A stretch of 64,000 bases of DNA from an uncultured Gemmatimonadales bacterium (GTDB lineage Bacteria > Gemmatimonadota > Gemmatimonadetes > Longimicrobiales > Longimicrobiaceae). Each line of letters opens with the position of its first letter. Positions within the stretch are counted from its first letter, which is position 1. The notes beneath the pieces are model-generated. The model did no database searches. It had not been told where the DNA came from and was given only the letters and a program-made list of their open reading frames with translations. Location: assembly GCA_963716255.1 (NCBI GenBank), contig OY970303.1, positions 5,440,001 through 5,504,000 on the forward strand. Reading direction: 5' to 3'. Below, piece after piece: positions 1-19,757 of the stretch. Position numbers and translations under genes: made by a program.

Positions 1-458
1 AGCTCATCGACCTGTGCGGCGAGCCCGCGGGCGATGGGCACCTGGCGCACCCGGCCCCCGAGGCCGTGGCCGCCCTCGACGCGGCGGAGCTGCTGCGGCG
101 GCGTTTCTCCGGCAGCAAGGCCGAGTACCTGGTGGAGGCGGCGCGCCGCGTCGTCGCCGGCGACCTCCCGCTGGACGAGCTGGAGCATGCGCCCGCGGCG
201 GCCGCCGAGCAGCGGCTGCGGGCGGTGCGCGGCATCGGCCCCTGGTCGGCGCAGTACGTGTTGATGCGCGGCCTGGGCCTCGCCGACTGCGTTCCCGTGG
301 GCGACTCCGCGCTCGCCACCGCGCTCCAGCGCTACTTCGCCCTGGACGCCCGCCCCGGCCCCGCGGAAACCGCCGCGCTCATGGAGCCGTTCGCTCCCTT
401 CCGCAGCCTCGCCACCTTGCACCTCTGGCAGACTCTCACGAAAACGAAATCGCCATGA
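1..458 (+). CDS. alkA: DNA-3-methyladenine glycosylase II (AlkA family), 5'-truncated by window edge
   Basis: Open frame from nt 3; HhH-GPD motif 'LRAVRGIGPWSAQYVLMRGLG..D' and C-terminal 'PFRSLATLHLW'; ATGA overlap with ogt. Confidence 0.85.
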   Translation, partial: LIDLCGEPAGDGHLAHPAPEAVAALDAAELLRRRFSGSKAEYLVEAARRVVAGDLPLDELEHAPAAAAEQRLRAVRGIGPWSAQYVLMRGLGLADCVPVGDSALATALQRYFALDARPGPAETAALMEPFAPFRSLATLHLWQTLTKTKSP

Positions 459-979
459 TCTACACGCACGAGTTTCCCACCCCGCTCGGACCCATGTTCG
501 CCGCGGTGGACGCGAATGGCGCCCTGGTCCGTCTGTCGTTCCGCGACGGCCAGTACACGCGGGACCCGCTGGCCGGGCTCGGCGCGGCGACGCCCGCGGC
601 GGAGCCGTGCGCCGCCGTGGTCGAGCAGCTGGACGCCTACTTCCGCGGCGAGCGCCGCGACTTCGACCTGCCGCTCGCGCCGCGCGGCACCGCGTTCCAG
701 CAGCGCGTCTGGGAGGAGCTGCGCCGCGTGCCTTACGGCGAGACCGTGACCTACCGCGAGCTGGCCGCGCGCGTCGGCAATCCCGCAGCGTCCCGGGCCG
801 CGGGTCGTGCCAACGCCACCAACCCTCTCCCGGTCGTCATCCCCTGCCACCGCGTCGTCGGCACCGACGGCTCGCTCACCGGCTACGCGGGCGGCATCCA
901 CTTCAAGCAGGCCCTGCTCACCCTGGAAGGCGCGGCAGTCGTCGGGATGGGGAAAGCCGCAAACCCCATTCGCGACTGA
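455..979 (+). CDS. ogt: Methylated-DNA-protein-cysteine S-methyltransferase
   Basis: Active-site 'NPLPVVIPCHRVV' motif, 'GTAFQQRVWEEL..VPYGETVTYRELA'; ATG at 455 overlaps alkA stop. Confidence 0.95.
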   Translation: MIYTHEFPTPLGPMFAAVDANGALVRLSFRDGQYTRDPLAGLGAATPAAEPCAAVVEQLDAYFRGERRDFDLPLAPRGTAFQQRVWEELRRVPYGETVTYRELAARVGNPAASRAAGRANATNPLPVVIPCHRVVGTDGSLTGYAGGIHFKQALLTLEGAAVVGMGKAANPIRD

Positions 980-983
980 GTTC

Positions 984-1018
984 GGAGGTCGCGGCGTCGC
1001 GAGATGCCGCGGTCTCTT
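984..1018 (+). terminator. GC-rich hairpin after ogt (probable terminator)
   Basis: gaggtcgcggcgtc-GCGA-gatgccgcggtctc, weak U tail. Confidence 0.5.
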
Positions 1019-1043
1019 CGACTCCTCCAGCCGAACGATCCTG

Positions 1044-1073
1044 TTGACATTTATTAATTGAACAATTAATTAA
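1044..1073 (+). promoter_or_regulatory. Sigma70-type promoter overlapped by a TetR operator palindrome
   Basis: TTGACA at 1044; inverted repeat ATTAATTG-aa-CAATTAAT (1053-1070), an AT-rich island directly before tetR. Confidence 0.75.
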
Positions 1074-1078
1074 GAGTG

Positions 1079-1732
1079 ATGAGCGAGATCGAGACCTCAG
1101 AAAGCATCCTCGACGCCGCCGAGGAGCTGTTCGCGCGGCAGGGCTTCTCCGCGACGACCACCAAGCAGATCGGCTCCGCGGCGGGCGTGAACCCGGCGCT
1201 GATCCACTACTATTTCGGCAACAAGGAGGGGCTCTACCGCGCCCTCCTGCGCAGGCTCTTCGAGAGCATCATCGCCAGGGGCGGCCAGCAGCTCGCGGCG
1301 AAGCCCGCGCCGGACGCGGCGGTTCGCGCGCTGGTCGGCATCCAGTCCGACATCATGGTGGAGCACCCCAGCTTCCCGCGCCTCCTCGCCCGTGAGCTGG
1401 TGGACCAGGGGATGACGCACGCCGGCGAGTACGTCGCGCGGCTCTCCGACACCCTCTTCCGCCGCCTGTGCGAGCTGATCCGCGGCGGCCAGGAAGCCGG
1501 CCTCTTCCGGCGCGACATGGACCCCCGGTTCGCCGCCGTTTCCGTGGTCTCGCTCGTCCCCTACTTCCACATCGCGCGGCCCGTCGTCGGCATCCTCCTG
1601 GACAGCGGCCCGGAGGGGCCCGACGAGGAGGCGATGCGCGCCTACGGCCGGCACGCAGCCGAATTCGCGCTCGCGGCGCTGGCCGCGCGCCCCGGCGCAC
1701 CGCCCAACACCGACCCCCCGGAGAGCGGATGA
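1079..1732 (+). CDS. TetR/AcrR family transcriptional regulator
   Basis: N-terminal HTH 'ILDAAEELFARQGFSATTTKQIGSAAGVNPALIHYYFGNKEGLY'; GTG 1076 is an alternative start. Confidence 0.93.
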   Translation: MSEIETSESILDAAEELFARQGFSATTTKQIGSAAGVNPALIHYYFGNKEGLYRALLRRLFESIIARGGQQLAAKPAPDAAVRALVGIQSDIMVEHPSFPRLLARELVDQGMTHAGEYVARLSDTLFRRLCELIRGGQEAGLFRRDMDPRFAAVSVVSLVPYFHIARPVVGILLDSGPEGPDEEAMRAYGRHAAEFALAALAARPGAPPNTDPPESG

Positions 1733-2685
1733 CGAGACACGCCCTGCTCGCGGCCGCCCTGCTCCTCGCCGCCGCCTGCGGCGACGGTGACGGCGAGACC
1801 GCCGTGGGCACCGTCGAGCTGACCGAGCTCGACGTCGCCCCCACCCAGCCGGCGCGCGTCGTCGCCGTGCGCGTGGATGAGGGCGACACCGTGCGCGCCG
1901 GAGACACCCTCGCCGTGCTGACGCACCCCTCCCTCCCAGGCGACGTGGCCGGGCGCGCCGCGGGCGTACAGGTGGCCGAGGCCAACCTGCGCGACCTGCT
2001 GGCCGGCGCCCGCCCCGCCGAGCATGAGCAGGCCGAGGCCGCCCTCCGCTCCGCCGCCGCCGAATCCGAGCGCGCCCGCCGCGACCTGGCGCGCATGCGC
2101 ACCCTCGCCGACGCCGGCGCCGTCGCCCGGCGGGAGCTGGACGCCGCCCGCGCCGTCTCCACGGAGGCCGACGCCCGCCGCGATTCCGCACGCGAGGCGC
2201 TGCGCCTGGTGGACCAGGGCGCGCGCCAGGGGACCGTCGAGGCTGCGCGCGGTCAGGTGGCCGCGGCGCGCGCCGCGCTCCAGTCCGCCAGCGCCACCTC
2301 CGGCGACCTCACCCTCGTCGCCCCGGAGGACGGCGTGGTGCTGGGGCGCTGGACCGAGCCGGGCGAGGTGGTCGCCGCGGGGACGCCGGTGGTCACCATC
2401 GGGCAGCCGCGGCGCCCCTGGGTCCGCGTGTACGTCGCCGAGCGAGTGCTCCCGCGGCTGCGCGTGGGGCAGACGGTCACCGCGCGGCTGGACGGTGTGG
2501 AGGACCGCGGCTTCCCCGGGCGCATCGTCGCGATCGCCGACCGCGCCGAGTTCACCCCGCGCGTGGCGCTCACCGAGAAGGAGCGCGCCGACCTGGTCTT
2601 CGGCGTCCGGGTGGAGTTCCGCGACACCACGGGGATGCTCAAGGCCGGGCTCCCCGCCACCGTGACCCTGCCGGAGGCCCCGTGA
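1729..2685 (+). CDS. HlyD-family periplasmic adaptor lipoprotein (YbhG-like)
   Basis: Lipobox 'LLLAAAC', lipoyl half-motifs 'V.V.EGDTVRAGDTL' and 'APEDGVV', coiled coil, 'AEFTPR'; ATGA overlap with tetR. Confidence 0.9.
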   Translation: MTRHALLAAALLLAAACGDGDGETAVGTVELTELDVAPTQPARVVAVRVDEGDTVRAGDTLAVLTHPSLPGDVAGRAAGVQVAEANLRDLLAGARPAEHEQAEAALRSAAAESERARRDLARMRTLADAGAVARRELDAARAVSTEADARRDSAREALRLVDQGARQGTVEAARGQVAAARAALQSASATSGDLTLVAPEDGVVLGRWTEPGEVVAAGTPVVTIGQPRRPWVRVYVAERVLPRLRVGQTVTARLDGVEDRGFPGRIVAIADRAEFTPRVALTEKERADLVFGVRVEFRDTTGMLKAGLPATVTLPEAP

Positions 2686-3446
2686 GCGCCGCGGCCGGGC
2701 CGGCGAGCGAGCCCGCCGTCCGCGCGGCGAAGCTGCGCAAGACCTTCGGGCGGTTCGTCGCGGTGGACGGGCTGGACCTGGAGATCGGGGTGGGGGAGGT
2801 GTTCGGGCTGCTGGGGCCCAACGGCTCCGGGAAGACCACCACCATCCGCATGCTCTGCGGGCTGGTGATGCCCACCTCCGGCGAGGCCCGCGTGGTGGGG
2901 CACGACGTGGCGCGCGACCCCGAGGGCGTCCGCCGCGGCATCGGCTACATGTCGCAGAAGTTCGGGCTGTACGACGACATGACGGTGGCCGAGAACCTCC
3001 GCTTCTACGCCGGCATCTACGGGCTGGTGGGGCGCGCGCGCGACCAGCGCGTCGCCGAGCTCCTCCACCAGCTCGACCTGGAGGAGCGGGCCGGGCAGCT
3101 CACCGGGACGCTCAGCGGCGGGTGGAAGCAGCGCGTAGCCCTGGCCTGCGCCACCTCGCATCACCCCCGCATGCTCTTTCTGGACGAGCCCACCGCCGGC
3201 GTCGACCCCGCCGCGCGCCGCCGCTTCTGGGAGATCATCCACGAGCTGGCCAGCGGCGGCACCACCATCCTCGTCACCACGCACTACATGGACGAGGCCG
3301 AGCGCTGCGAGCGCATCGCCTTCCTGTCGCGCGGGCACCTGATCGCGCTGGGCACCGTGGAGGAGATCACCGGCCAGTTCGGGCTGGCGAGCATCGAGGA
3401 CGTGTTCATCGAGCTCCAGCGCCGCGACGAGGGCGCGCGCGCATGA
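2682..3446 (+). CDS. ABC transporter ATP-binding protein
   Basis: Walker A GPNGSGKTT, LSGG signature, 'LFLDEPTAGVDP', H-loop 'TTHYMDEAE'. Confidence 0.95.
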   Translation: MSAAAGPASEPAVRAAKLRKTFGRFVAVDGLDLEIGVGEVFGLLGPNGSGKTTTIRMLCGLVMPTSGEARVVGHDVARDPEGVRRGIGYMSQKFGLYDDMTVAENLRFYAGIYGLVGRARDQRVAELLHQLDLEERAGQLTGTLSGGWKQRVALACATSHHPRMLFLDEPTAGVDPAARRRFWEIIHELASGGTTILVTTHYMDEAERCERIAFLSRGHLIALGTVEEITGQFGLASIEDVFIELQRRDEGARA

Positions 3447-4573
3447 GCACCCTGGAGCGGGTCCGGCACTCCCTCCTCTGGCCCATGCTGTGGAAGGAGT
3501 TCGTGCAGATGCGGCGCGACCGCATGACGCTGGCGCTGATGCTCGCCATCCCCGCCATGCAGCTCGTGCTCTTCGGCTTCGCCATCCGCACCGAGGTCCG
3601 CGACGTTCCCACCGTGCTCCTGGACGAGGCCCGCTCCTCCGAGAGCCGCGCCCTCGCCGCCGTGCTGGAGAACACCGGCAACTTCCGCCTGGTGGGGAGC
3701 GTGGAGGGGCGCGATGCCCTCCGCGCCGCCATCGAGAGCGGCCGGGCCCAGGCCGCGCTGGTGATCCCGCCCGGCTACACCGAGGACGTCAAGCGCGGGA
3801 GAACCGCCTCCGCGCAGGTCATCGTGGACGCCGCCGACCCCATGTCGTCGGCGGCCGCCATCTCCGGGGCCGCACTGGCCGCGCAGGCGCGCTCAGCGGC
3901 GCTGTCGGGAAAGCGCGCCGCCCCACCTCCGCCGCTGGAGGTGCGCGTGCGCCCGTGGTACAACCCGGCGCTCCGCAGCGAGGTGTACATCGTCCCCGGG
4001 CTCATCGGCGTTCTGCTGTCGCTCACCATGATCCTCATCACCAGCCTGTCCATCACCCGCGAGCGCGAGCGGGGAACGCTGGAGCAGCTGGTGGTCACGC
4101 CCATCGGCAAGACCAGCATGATGCTGGGGAAGATCATCCCCTTCGTGCTGGTGGGCTACGTGCAGATGACTGTCGTCCTCCTGCTGGGGCGCTTCCTGTT
4201 CGGCGTCCCGGTGCGGGGAAGCCTGCTCGCCCTGTACGCCGTCACCTTCGCCTTCATGATGGCGAGCCTGGGGCTGGGGCTCTTCGTGTCCACCGTGGCG
4301 CGCACGCAGGCCCAGGCGATGCAGCTCGGGTTCATGCTCCTCCTTCCCAACATCCTCCTTTCCGGCTTCATGTTCCCGCGCGAGGCCATGCCCGCCCCCA
4401 TCCGCTGGGCGAGCGAGCTGCTCCCGCTGACCCACTACCTCCAGGTGCTGCGGGGCGTGCTCCTGCGCGACGCCGCGCTCCCCAGCCTGCTTCCCGACGC
4501 CGCCGTCCTCCTCTTCATGGCGGTGGTGATCGTGGGGCTCAGCGTGAGCCGCTTTTCCAAGACCATCGACTAG
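3443..4573 (+). CDS. ABC-2 type permease (YbhS/YbhR-like)
   Basis: 'KEFVQMRRD', 'YNP', 'RERERGTLEQLVVTP', multiple TM helices. Confidence 0.92.
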   Translation: MSTLERVRHSLLWPMLWKEFVQMRRDRMTLALMLAIPAMQLVLFGFAIRTEVRDVPTVLLDEARSSESRALAAVLENTGNFRLVGSVEGRDALRAAIESGRAQAALVIPPGYTEDVKRGRTASAQVIVDAADPMSSAAAISGAALAAQARSAALSGKRAAPPPPLEVRVRPWYNPALRSEVYIVPGLIGVLLSLTMILITSLSITRERERGTLEQLVVTPIGKTSMMLGKIIPFVLVGYVQMTVVLLLGRFLFGVPVRGSLLALYAVTFAFMMASLGLGLFVSTVARTQAQAMQLGFMLLLPNILLSGFMFPREAMPAPIRWASELLPLTHYLQVLRGVLLRDAALPSLLPDAAVLLFMAVVIVGLSVSRFSKTID

Positions 4574-4593
4574 GAAATGGACGTCGCGGGGAG

Positions 4594-4622
4594 TTGACAC
4601 GAAACGGTGCCACTGGTATCTT
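4594..4622 (+). promoter_or_regulatory. Sigma70-type promoter for tRNA-Thr/tuf
   Basis: TTGACA-17 nt-TATCTT. Confidence 0.75.
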
Positions 4623-4789
4623 ACCTCTCTTGTCCGCCTGCGCCTGGGAGATCGTGCGAGCGTCATTCCCGTGGGCGCGGGACGTGGGGTGGGGTGGAAG
4701 TGCTCCGGACCCGCGCGCCGCGGCGGCGCCAGGCCGGGAGCCTTCCCGTTTGTCGTTCGGGTCCGGGTGGGCCCGACTCGGGGGATCGG

Positions 4790-4862
<73 letters not shown>

Positions 4863-4913
4863 CTCGCGAGCCTCCCTTCGTTTAATTTCCCTGAACCGGG
4901 ACCAGATCGGAAC

Positions 4914-6107
<1,194 letters not shown>

Positions 6108-6183
6108 AGCGATCACTACCCGGCAGGCGGCGGACGGCTGACGCCGACCCGCCGCCTGCCGTACGCCGATAGGAGGCAAAGCC

Positions 6184-6333
6184 ATGCGCGACAAGGTCAT
6201 CCTCGCCTGCACCGAGTGCAAGGAGAGGAACTACCACAAGACGAAGAACAAGCGGCTCCACCCGGAGCGCGTGGAGTACGCGAAGTACTGCCCGCGGTGC
6301 AACAAGCACCAGCCGCACAAGGAAACCAAGTAG
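6184..6333 (+). CDS. rpmG: 50S ribosomal protein L33 (Zn-binding type)
   Basis: Own translation (absent from ORF track): [57 protein letters not shown]. Confidence 0.96.
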   Translation: MRDKVILACTECKERNYHKTKNKRLHPERVEYAKYCPRCNKHQPHKETK

Positions 6334-6365
6334 TTCGGAGTTCCGGCGGCCGACGATCACGACGA

Positions 6366-6394
6366 GAAGGGCGCTGGTCCACGGCCCTTCTTTT
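6366..6394 (+). terminator. Intrinsic terminator-like hairpin between rpmG and secE
   Basis: GAAGGGC...GCCCTTC followed by TTTT. Confidence 0.55.
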
Positions 6395-6439
6395 CGTCCC
6401 CGGCTGCTCCAGAAACGTACATCGCTCACTCGTCCGCGC

Positions 6440-6649
6440 ATGGCTGAGACCACCCGCACCAACGCCAGGGACTTCATCGAGCAAGTCTCCGACGAGATCA
6501 AGAAGGTGACCTGGCCGGACCGCGAGCAGCTTCGCGAGTCCACGGTCGTCATCGTGGCCTTCGTGTCGATCATCGCCGCCCTGATCTTTCTGATGGATCG
6601 GGGTGTGATCCTGGTTCTCGACCTGGTCACGTCCCTCCTCGGAGGCTAG
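6440..6649 (+). CDS. secE: Preprotein translocase subunit SecE
   Basis: 'EIKKVTWPDREQL' plus single TM helix; position before nusG. Confidence 0.95.
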   Translation: MAETTRTNARDFIEQVSDEIKKVTWPDREQLRESTVVIVAFVSIIAALIFLMDRGVILVLDLVTSLLGG

Positions 6650-6652
6650 CGG

Positions 6653-7204
6653 ATGGGCGAGGCGAAGTGGTACGCGATCCAGACGTATTCCGGGCATGAG
6701 AACAAGGTCCAGCGGCTGATCCAGCGCCGGATCGACGAGGAGACGGGCGAGCCCGAGGACAAGCAGATCCAGGAAGTGCTGGTCCCCACCCAGGAAGCGG
6801 TGGAGATCCGCAACGGCAAGAGGGTCACGGTCACGCGCCGCCTCTACCCGGGGTACGTGCTGGTGAAGATGACGTACAACCAGCGCACCGCCCACCTGGT
6901 CAACAGCATCCAGGGCGTGCTCAAGTTCCTCGGCACCGGCTCGGAGCCTCAGCCCCTGCGGGACGAGGAGCTGAGCAAGATCCTCGGGCAGGAGGCGGAG
7001 TCGGCGGAGGTGGCGGAGGACGTCGCCGATCCGATCCCCTTCACCCCCGGTCAGGTCGTGGAGGTCATCGAAGGACCTTTCAACGACTTCAGCGGGACGG
7101 TGCAGGAGGTCTACCCCGACAAGGGGAAGGTCAAGGTCGAGGTTTCGCTCTTCGGCCGCCCCACCAGCATCGAGCTGGACTACACGCAGCTTAAGGGTTA
7201 CTGA
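6653..7204 (+). CDS. nusG: Transcription termination/antitermination factor NusG
   Basis: 'WYAIQTYSGHENKV', 'YPGYVLV', KOW 'GPFNDFSGTV', 'LFGRPTSIEL'. Confidence 0.98.
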   Translation: MGEAKWYAIQTYSGHENKVQRLIQRRIDEETGEPEDKQIQEVLVPTQEAVEIRNGKRVTVTRRLYPGYVLVKMTYNQRTAHLVNSIQGVLKFLGTGSEPQPLRDEELSKILGQEAESAEVAEDVADPIPFTPGQVVEVIEGPFNDFSGTVQEVYPDKGKVKVEVSLFGRPTSIELDYTQLKGY

Positions 7205-7213
7205 GGCCGAGCC

Positions 7214-7639
7214 ATGGCGAAGAAAGTTACCGGTTTCATCAAGCTCCAGGTTCCCGCCGGGGCCGCCAACCCCGCGCCTCCGGTCGGCCCGGCGCTGGGC
7301 CAGCACGGCGTGAACATCATGGAGTTCTGCAAGCAGTTCAACGCGCGCACCCAGGGTCAGCCCGGGATGATCATCCCGGTGGAGATCACCGTGTACGCGG
7401 ACCGCTCCTTCACCTTCATCACCAAGACGCCGCCCGCGGCGATCCTGCTGAAGAAGGCGGCGGGGCTGCAGAGCGGCTCCGCGACGTCCAACCGGACCAA
7501 GGTCGGGACGGTGACGCGCGACCAGGTGCGCCAGATCGCCGAGACCAAGATGCCCGACCTGAACGCGGTCGACATCGACGGGGCCATGCGGCAGATCGCG
7601 GGCACCGCCCGCTCCATGGGCATCGAGATCACGGACTGA
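7214..7639 (+). CDS. rplK: 50S ribosomal protein L11
   Basis: '[26 protein letters not shown]'. Confidence 0.99.
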   Translation: MAKKVTGFIKLQVPAGAANPAPPVGPALGQHGVNIMEFCKQFNARTQGQPGMIIPVEITVYADRSFTFITKTPPAAILLKKAAGLQSGSATSNRTKVGTVTRDQVRQIAETKMPDLNAVDIDGAMRQIAGTARSMGIEITD

Positions 7640-7721
7640 GGCGGGAGTTTCGCGGACGCGGCGGGGGAGCGCTCCCGCCCTCCCGCGCGAGGCCCACGGG
7701 CCGAGCGGGGTGCCGCGTCCG

Positions 7722-7768
7722 GGTCCACGGACCACCGGCTGCGATGGGCGACGCACGGTGGGAGGACC
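7722..7768 (+). promoter_or_regulatory. Putative L1-binding autoregulatory RNA site upstream of rplA
   Basis: GGTCC-acgga-CCACCG ... CGGTGG-ga-GGACC internal loop resembling the 23S rRNA L1 site (GUGGGAG / ACCAC strands). Confidence 0.55.
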
Positions 7769-7795
7769 GGTTCAAGGAATCGTCTGAGGGGATAC

Positions 7796-8491
7796 ATGCC
7801 TAAGCACGGAAAGAAGTTCCGCGAGGCACAGTCCCGCGTTCCCGAGGGGACGGCGCTGGAGCCCGGCGCGGCTGTCGGCATGGTGAAGGAGCTTTCCTTC
7901 GCCAAGTTCGACGAGACCGTCGAGGTTTCCGTCCGGCTGGGCGTCGATCCGCGTCACGCGGACCAGATCGTCCGGGGGGCCGTCGTCCTTCCCCACGGCA
8001 CGGGGAAGACCGCACGCGTGCTGGTGATCGCCCAGGGCGACAAGGCTCGCGAGGCGGAGGAAGCGGGCGCCGATTTCGTCGGCACCGACTATGTGCAGAA
8101 GATCAAGGACGGGTGGCTCGACTTCGACGTCGTGGTCGCCACGCCGGACGTGATGGGGCAGGTCGGGCAGCTGGGGCGCATCCTGGGTCCGCGCGGCCTG
8201 ATGCCCACCCCGAAGGCCGGCACGGTGACGTTCGACGTCGCCAAGGCCATCCGCGAGATCAAGGCGGGCAAGATCGAGTTCCGCGTGGACCGCACGGGGA
8301 ACGTCCATGCCCCCATCGGGCGGGTCTCCTTCGAGCCGAACAAGCTGGAAGAGAACCTGTCGGCGTTCATGGACACGGTGATCCGGGCCAAGCCGAGCGC
8401 CGCCAAGGGTCAGTACGTCCGGAGCGTGACGGTCTCCAGCACCATGGGGCCCGGGGTGGCGGTCGATTCCAACCTCTACCGGCGGGGCTGA
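7796..8491 (+). CDS. rplA: 50S ribosomal protein L1
   Basis: 'KFDETVE', '[20 protein letters not shown]', 'STMGPG'. Confidence 0.99.
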   Translation: MPKHGKKFREAQSRVPEGTALEPGAAVGMVKELSFAKFDETVEVSVRLGVDPRHADQIVRGAVVLPHGTGKTARVLVIAQGDKAREAEEAGADFVGTDYVQKIKDGWLDFDVVVATPDVMGQVGQLGRILGPRGLMPTPKAGTVTFDVAKAIREIKAGKIEFRVDRTGNVHAPIGRVSFEPNKLEENLSAFMDTVIRAKPSAAKGQYVRSVTVSSTMGPGVAVDSNLYRRG

Positions 8492-8494
8492 TCC

Positions 8495-9025
8495 ATGAAG
8501 AAGGAGCTCAAGAGTGCCGTCATCGACGACCTCAGCCAGAAGCTTGACGGGGCCACGGCGTTCTACCTGACGGACTTCACGGGGATGAACGTGAAGCAGA
8601 TCACCGAGTTCCGCTCCCGCCTGCGCAAGCAGGGCGTGGAGTACGTGGTGGTCAAGAACACGCTGGCCCAGCGCGCGCTGACCGGGATGGAGATTCCGGA
8701 CATCGCCAGCTTCTTCAGCGGGCCCACCGGGCTGGTGATCGGCCGGAACGACGCCGTGGCCGCGGCAAAGGTCCTCACGACCTTCGCCAAGGAGTTCGGC
8801 GACCGGCCGGTGATCAAGGTCGGGGTGGTGGACGGCAAGCCGTTCGACGCCGACCAGGTGAGGAAGCTCGCCGACCTGCCGCCGCGTGAGGTCCTCCTCG
8901 CCCAGATCGCGGGCGGGCTGCAGGCGCCCATGGCGCGACTGGCCGGCGGCATGAGCCAGCTGCTCGCGGGGTTCGCGCGGGCGGTGGACGCGCTTCGCCA
9001 GCAGCGCGAGGGCGCAGAGTCGTAA
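8495..9025 (+). CDS. rplJ: 50S ribosomal protein L10
   Basis: 'VVKNTLA', 'LADLPPREVLLAQ'; synteny. Confidence 0.97.
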   Translation: MKKELKSAVIDDLSQKLDGATAFYLTDFTGMNVKQITEFRSRLRKQGVEYVVVKNTLAQRALTGMEIPDIASFFSGPTGLVIGRNDAVAAAKVLTTFAKEFGDRPVIKVGVVDGKPFDADQVRKLADLPPREVLLAQIAGGLQAPMARLAGGMSQLLAGFARAVDALRQQREGAES

Positions 9026-9129
9026 CCCGCGCCCCGACAGCAGGCGCTTTCCCGACCGCTCGCGGGCAGGGTCCCGACGGTCCGATACCTTGGTTTCACT
9101 TTCGTACGTACTACACATAGGAGCCCAAC

Positions 9130-9516
9130 ATGGCGACCACGCTTTCCCGTGACGAGCTGCTCGACGCGATCGGCAACATGACCGTCATCGAGCTCTCCGA
9201 GTTCGTGAAGGCCTTCGAGGAGAAGTTCGGCGTCACCGCGGCCGCCCCGATGGCCGCCGCGCCGGCCGGCGGTGCCGCCGTCGCCGCGCCCGTCGTCGAG
9301 GAGAAGACCGAGTTCGACGTCGTCCTCATGGGCGCCGGCGAGAAGAAGATCCAGGTCATCAAGGTGGTGCGCGAGCTCACCGGCCTGGGCCTCAAGGAGG
9401 CGAAGGACCTGGTCGACGGTGCCCCGAAGACCGTCAAGGAGGCCGCGACCAAGGACGAGGCCGAGGCCATGAAGGCCAAGCTCGTCGAGCAGGGCGCGAC
9501 CGTCGAGCTGAAGTAG
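9130..9516 (+). CDS. rplL: 50S ribosomal protein L7/L12
   Basis: '[10 protein letters not shown]', '[23 protein letters not shown]'. Confidence 0.99.
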   Translation: MATTLSRDELLDAIGNMTVIELSEFVKAFEEKFGVTAAAPMAAAPAGGAAVAAPVVEEKTEFDVVLMGAGEKKIQVIKVVRELTGLGLKEAKDLVDGAPKTVKEAATKDEAEAMKAKLVEQGATVELK

Positions 9517-9771
9517 GACTGATCCTCGTCCGGACGGAGGGCCTCCAGGGGGGATTTCCACCTGGGGGCCCTTCGGGTCGGTCGCGGAGGGATCGCCTGT
9601 CTAGGCGCGGGCTCGCCCGCGGAGGCGGTCCCGGCTCAGTCCCTTCAGCCGGACGGCTCATGACGCGCAGGCCGCTCTACATACCCGGACGATACGTCAC
9701 CCCGCCGAGGTGTTCGGTTGGGGGTGTTTGCGCTTCCGATCTTTTCCACGCACGCTAAGAGGGAGACCCAC

Positions 9772-15090
<5,319 letters not shown>

Positions 15091-15293
15091 GGAAGCACGC
15101 GGGTCGCGAAAGGGATCGTGACCCGAAGGGCGGAGACCCGGCGGCAGTTTGCCGGGACTCCGTTCCGCTGGACACGGTGGTTTCGTGTCCAGCGGAATAG
15201 AGCCCGACCCGGCGGAGCCGGGGTTCGCCCGAACGGTCGTCGTCAGTCAGCAACCGAGCCGTACACACCACAATAGATGAAGGGGACCAAAGC

Positions 15294-19508
<4,215 letters not shown>

Positions 19509-19661
19509 GCTTTCGAAACGGCTGGTTCGGGCGTGCCCCCGGCTGGCGCCGGGGTCGGGCTTCGGCTCCGTAAGCGAGCAAACGACGCTCGCTAACGGAG
19601 TCGAGACCCGGCGGAAACTGCCCCGCCGGGTCTCGCCCCTTCGGGCCGAAATCCCTCACGC
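19509..19661 (+). repeat. Structured ~150-nt dispersed element, copy 1
   Basis: GCTTT..GGGCGTGCCCCCGGCTGGCGCCGGGGTCGGGCTTCGGCTCCGTA-[stem-loop]-AACGGAGTCGAG-[stem-loop]-TCTCGCCCCTTCGGGCCGAAATCCCTCACGC, shared with five other loci. Confidence 0.95.
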
Positions 19662-19697
19662 GGGTTCCAGCCGGACCTCTGGTTCAGCTTGCCGGAC

Positions 19698-19740
19698 AGC
19701 GAAGCGGCCCCGGGCTCACGCCCGGGGCCGCTTCGCTTTT
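19698..19740 (+). terminator. Intrinsic terminator of rpoC (possibly bidirectional)
   Basis: AGCGAAGCGGCCCCGGGC-tcac-GCCCGGGGCCGCTTCGCT-TTT. Confidence 0.85.
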
Positions 19741-19757
19741 GCGTGTCGTCCGGTAGT

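Noticed and set aside
9718..9771. Upstream ORF-track starts for rpoB (also rpsL 21877, rpsS 29362, rpoA 40191, gmd 42316)
   Set aside because: Downstream starts match the conserved N-termini and, in most cases, have better SD sequences.
15091..15293. Structured 200-nt rpoB-rpoC spacer as an ncRNA
   Set aside because: Only generic GC-rich hairpins; single copy with no recognisable motif, so it cannot be supported from this sequence alone.
19541..19623. 5-bp pseudoknot GGCTG (hairpin A) with CAGCC (hairpin C loop)
   Set aside because: Copies 1 and 6 have CTGCC without a compensating change, and copy 4 has GGCGG with CAGCC. There is no covariation support.
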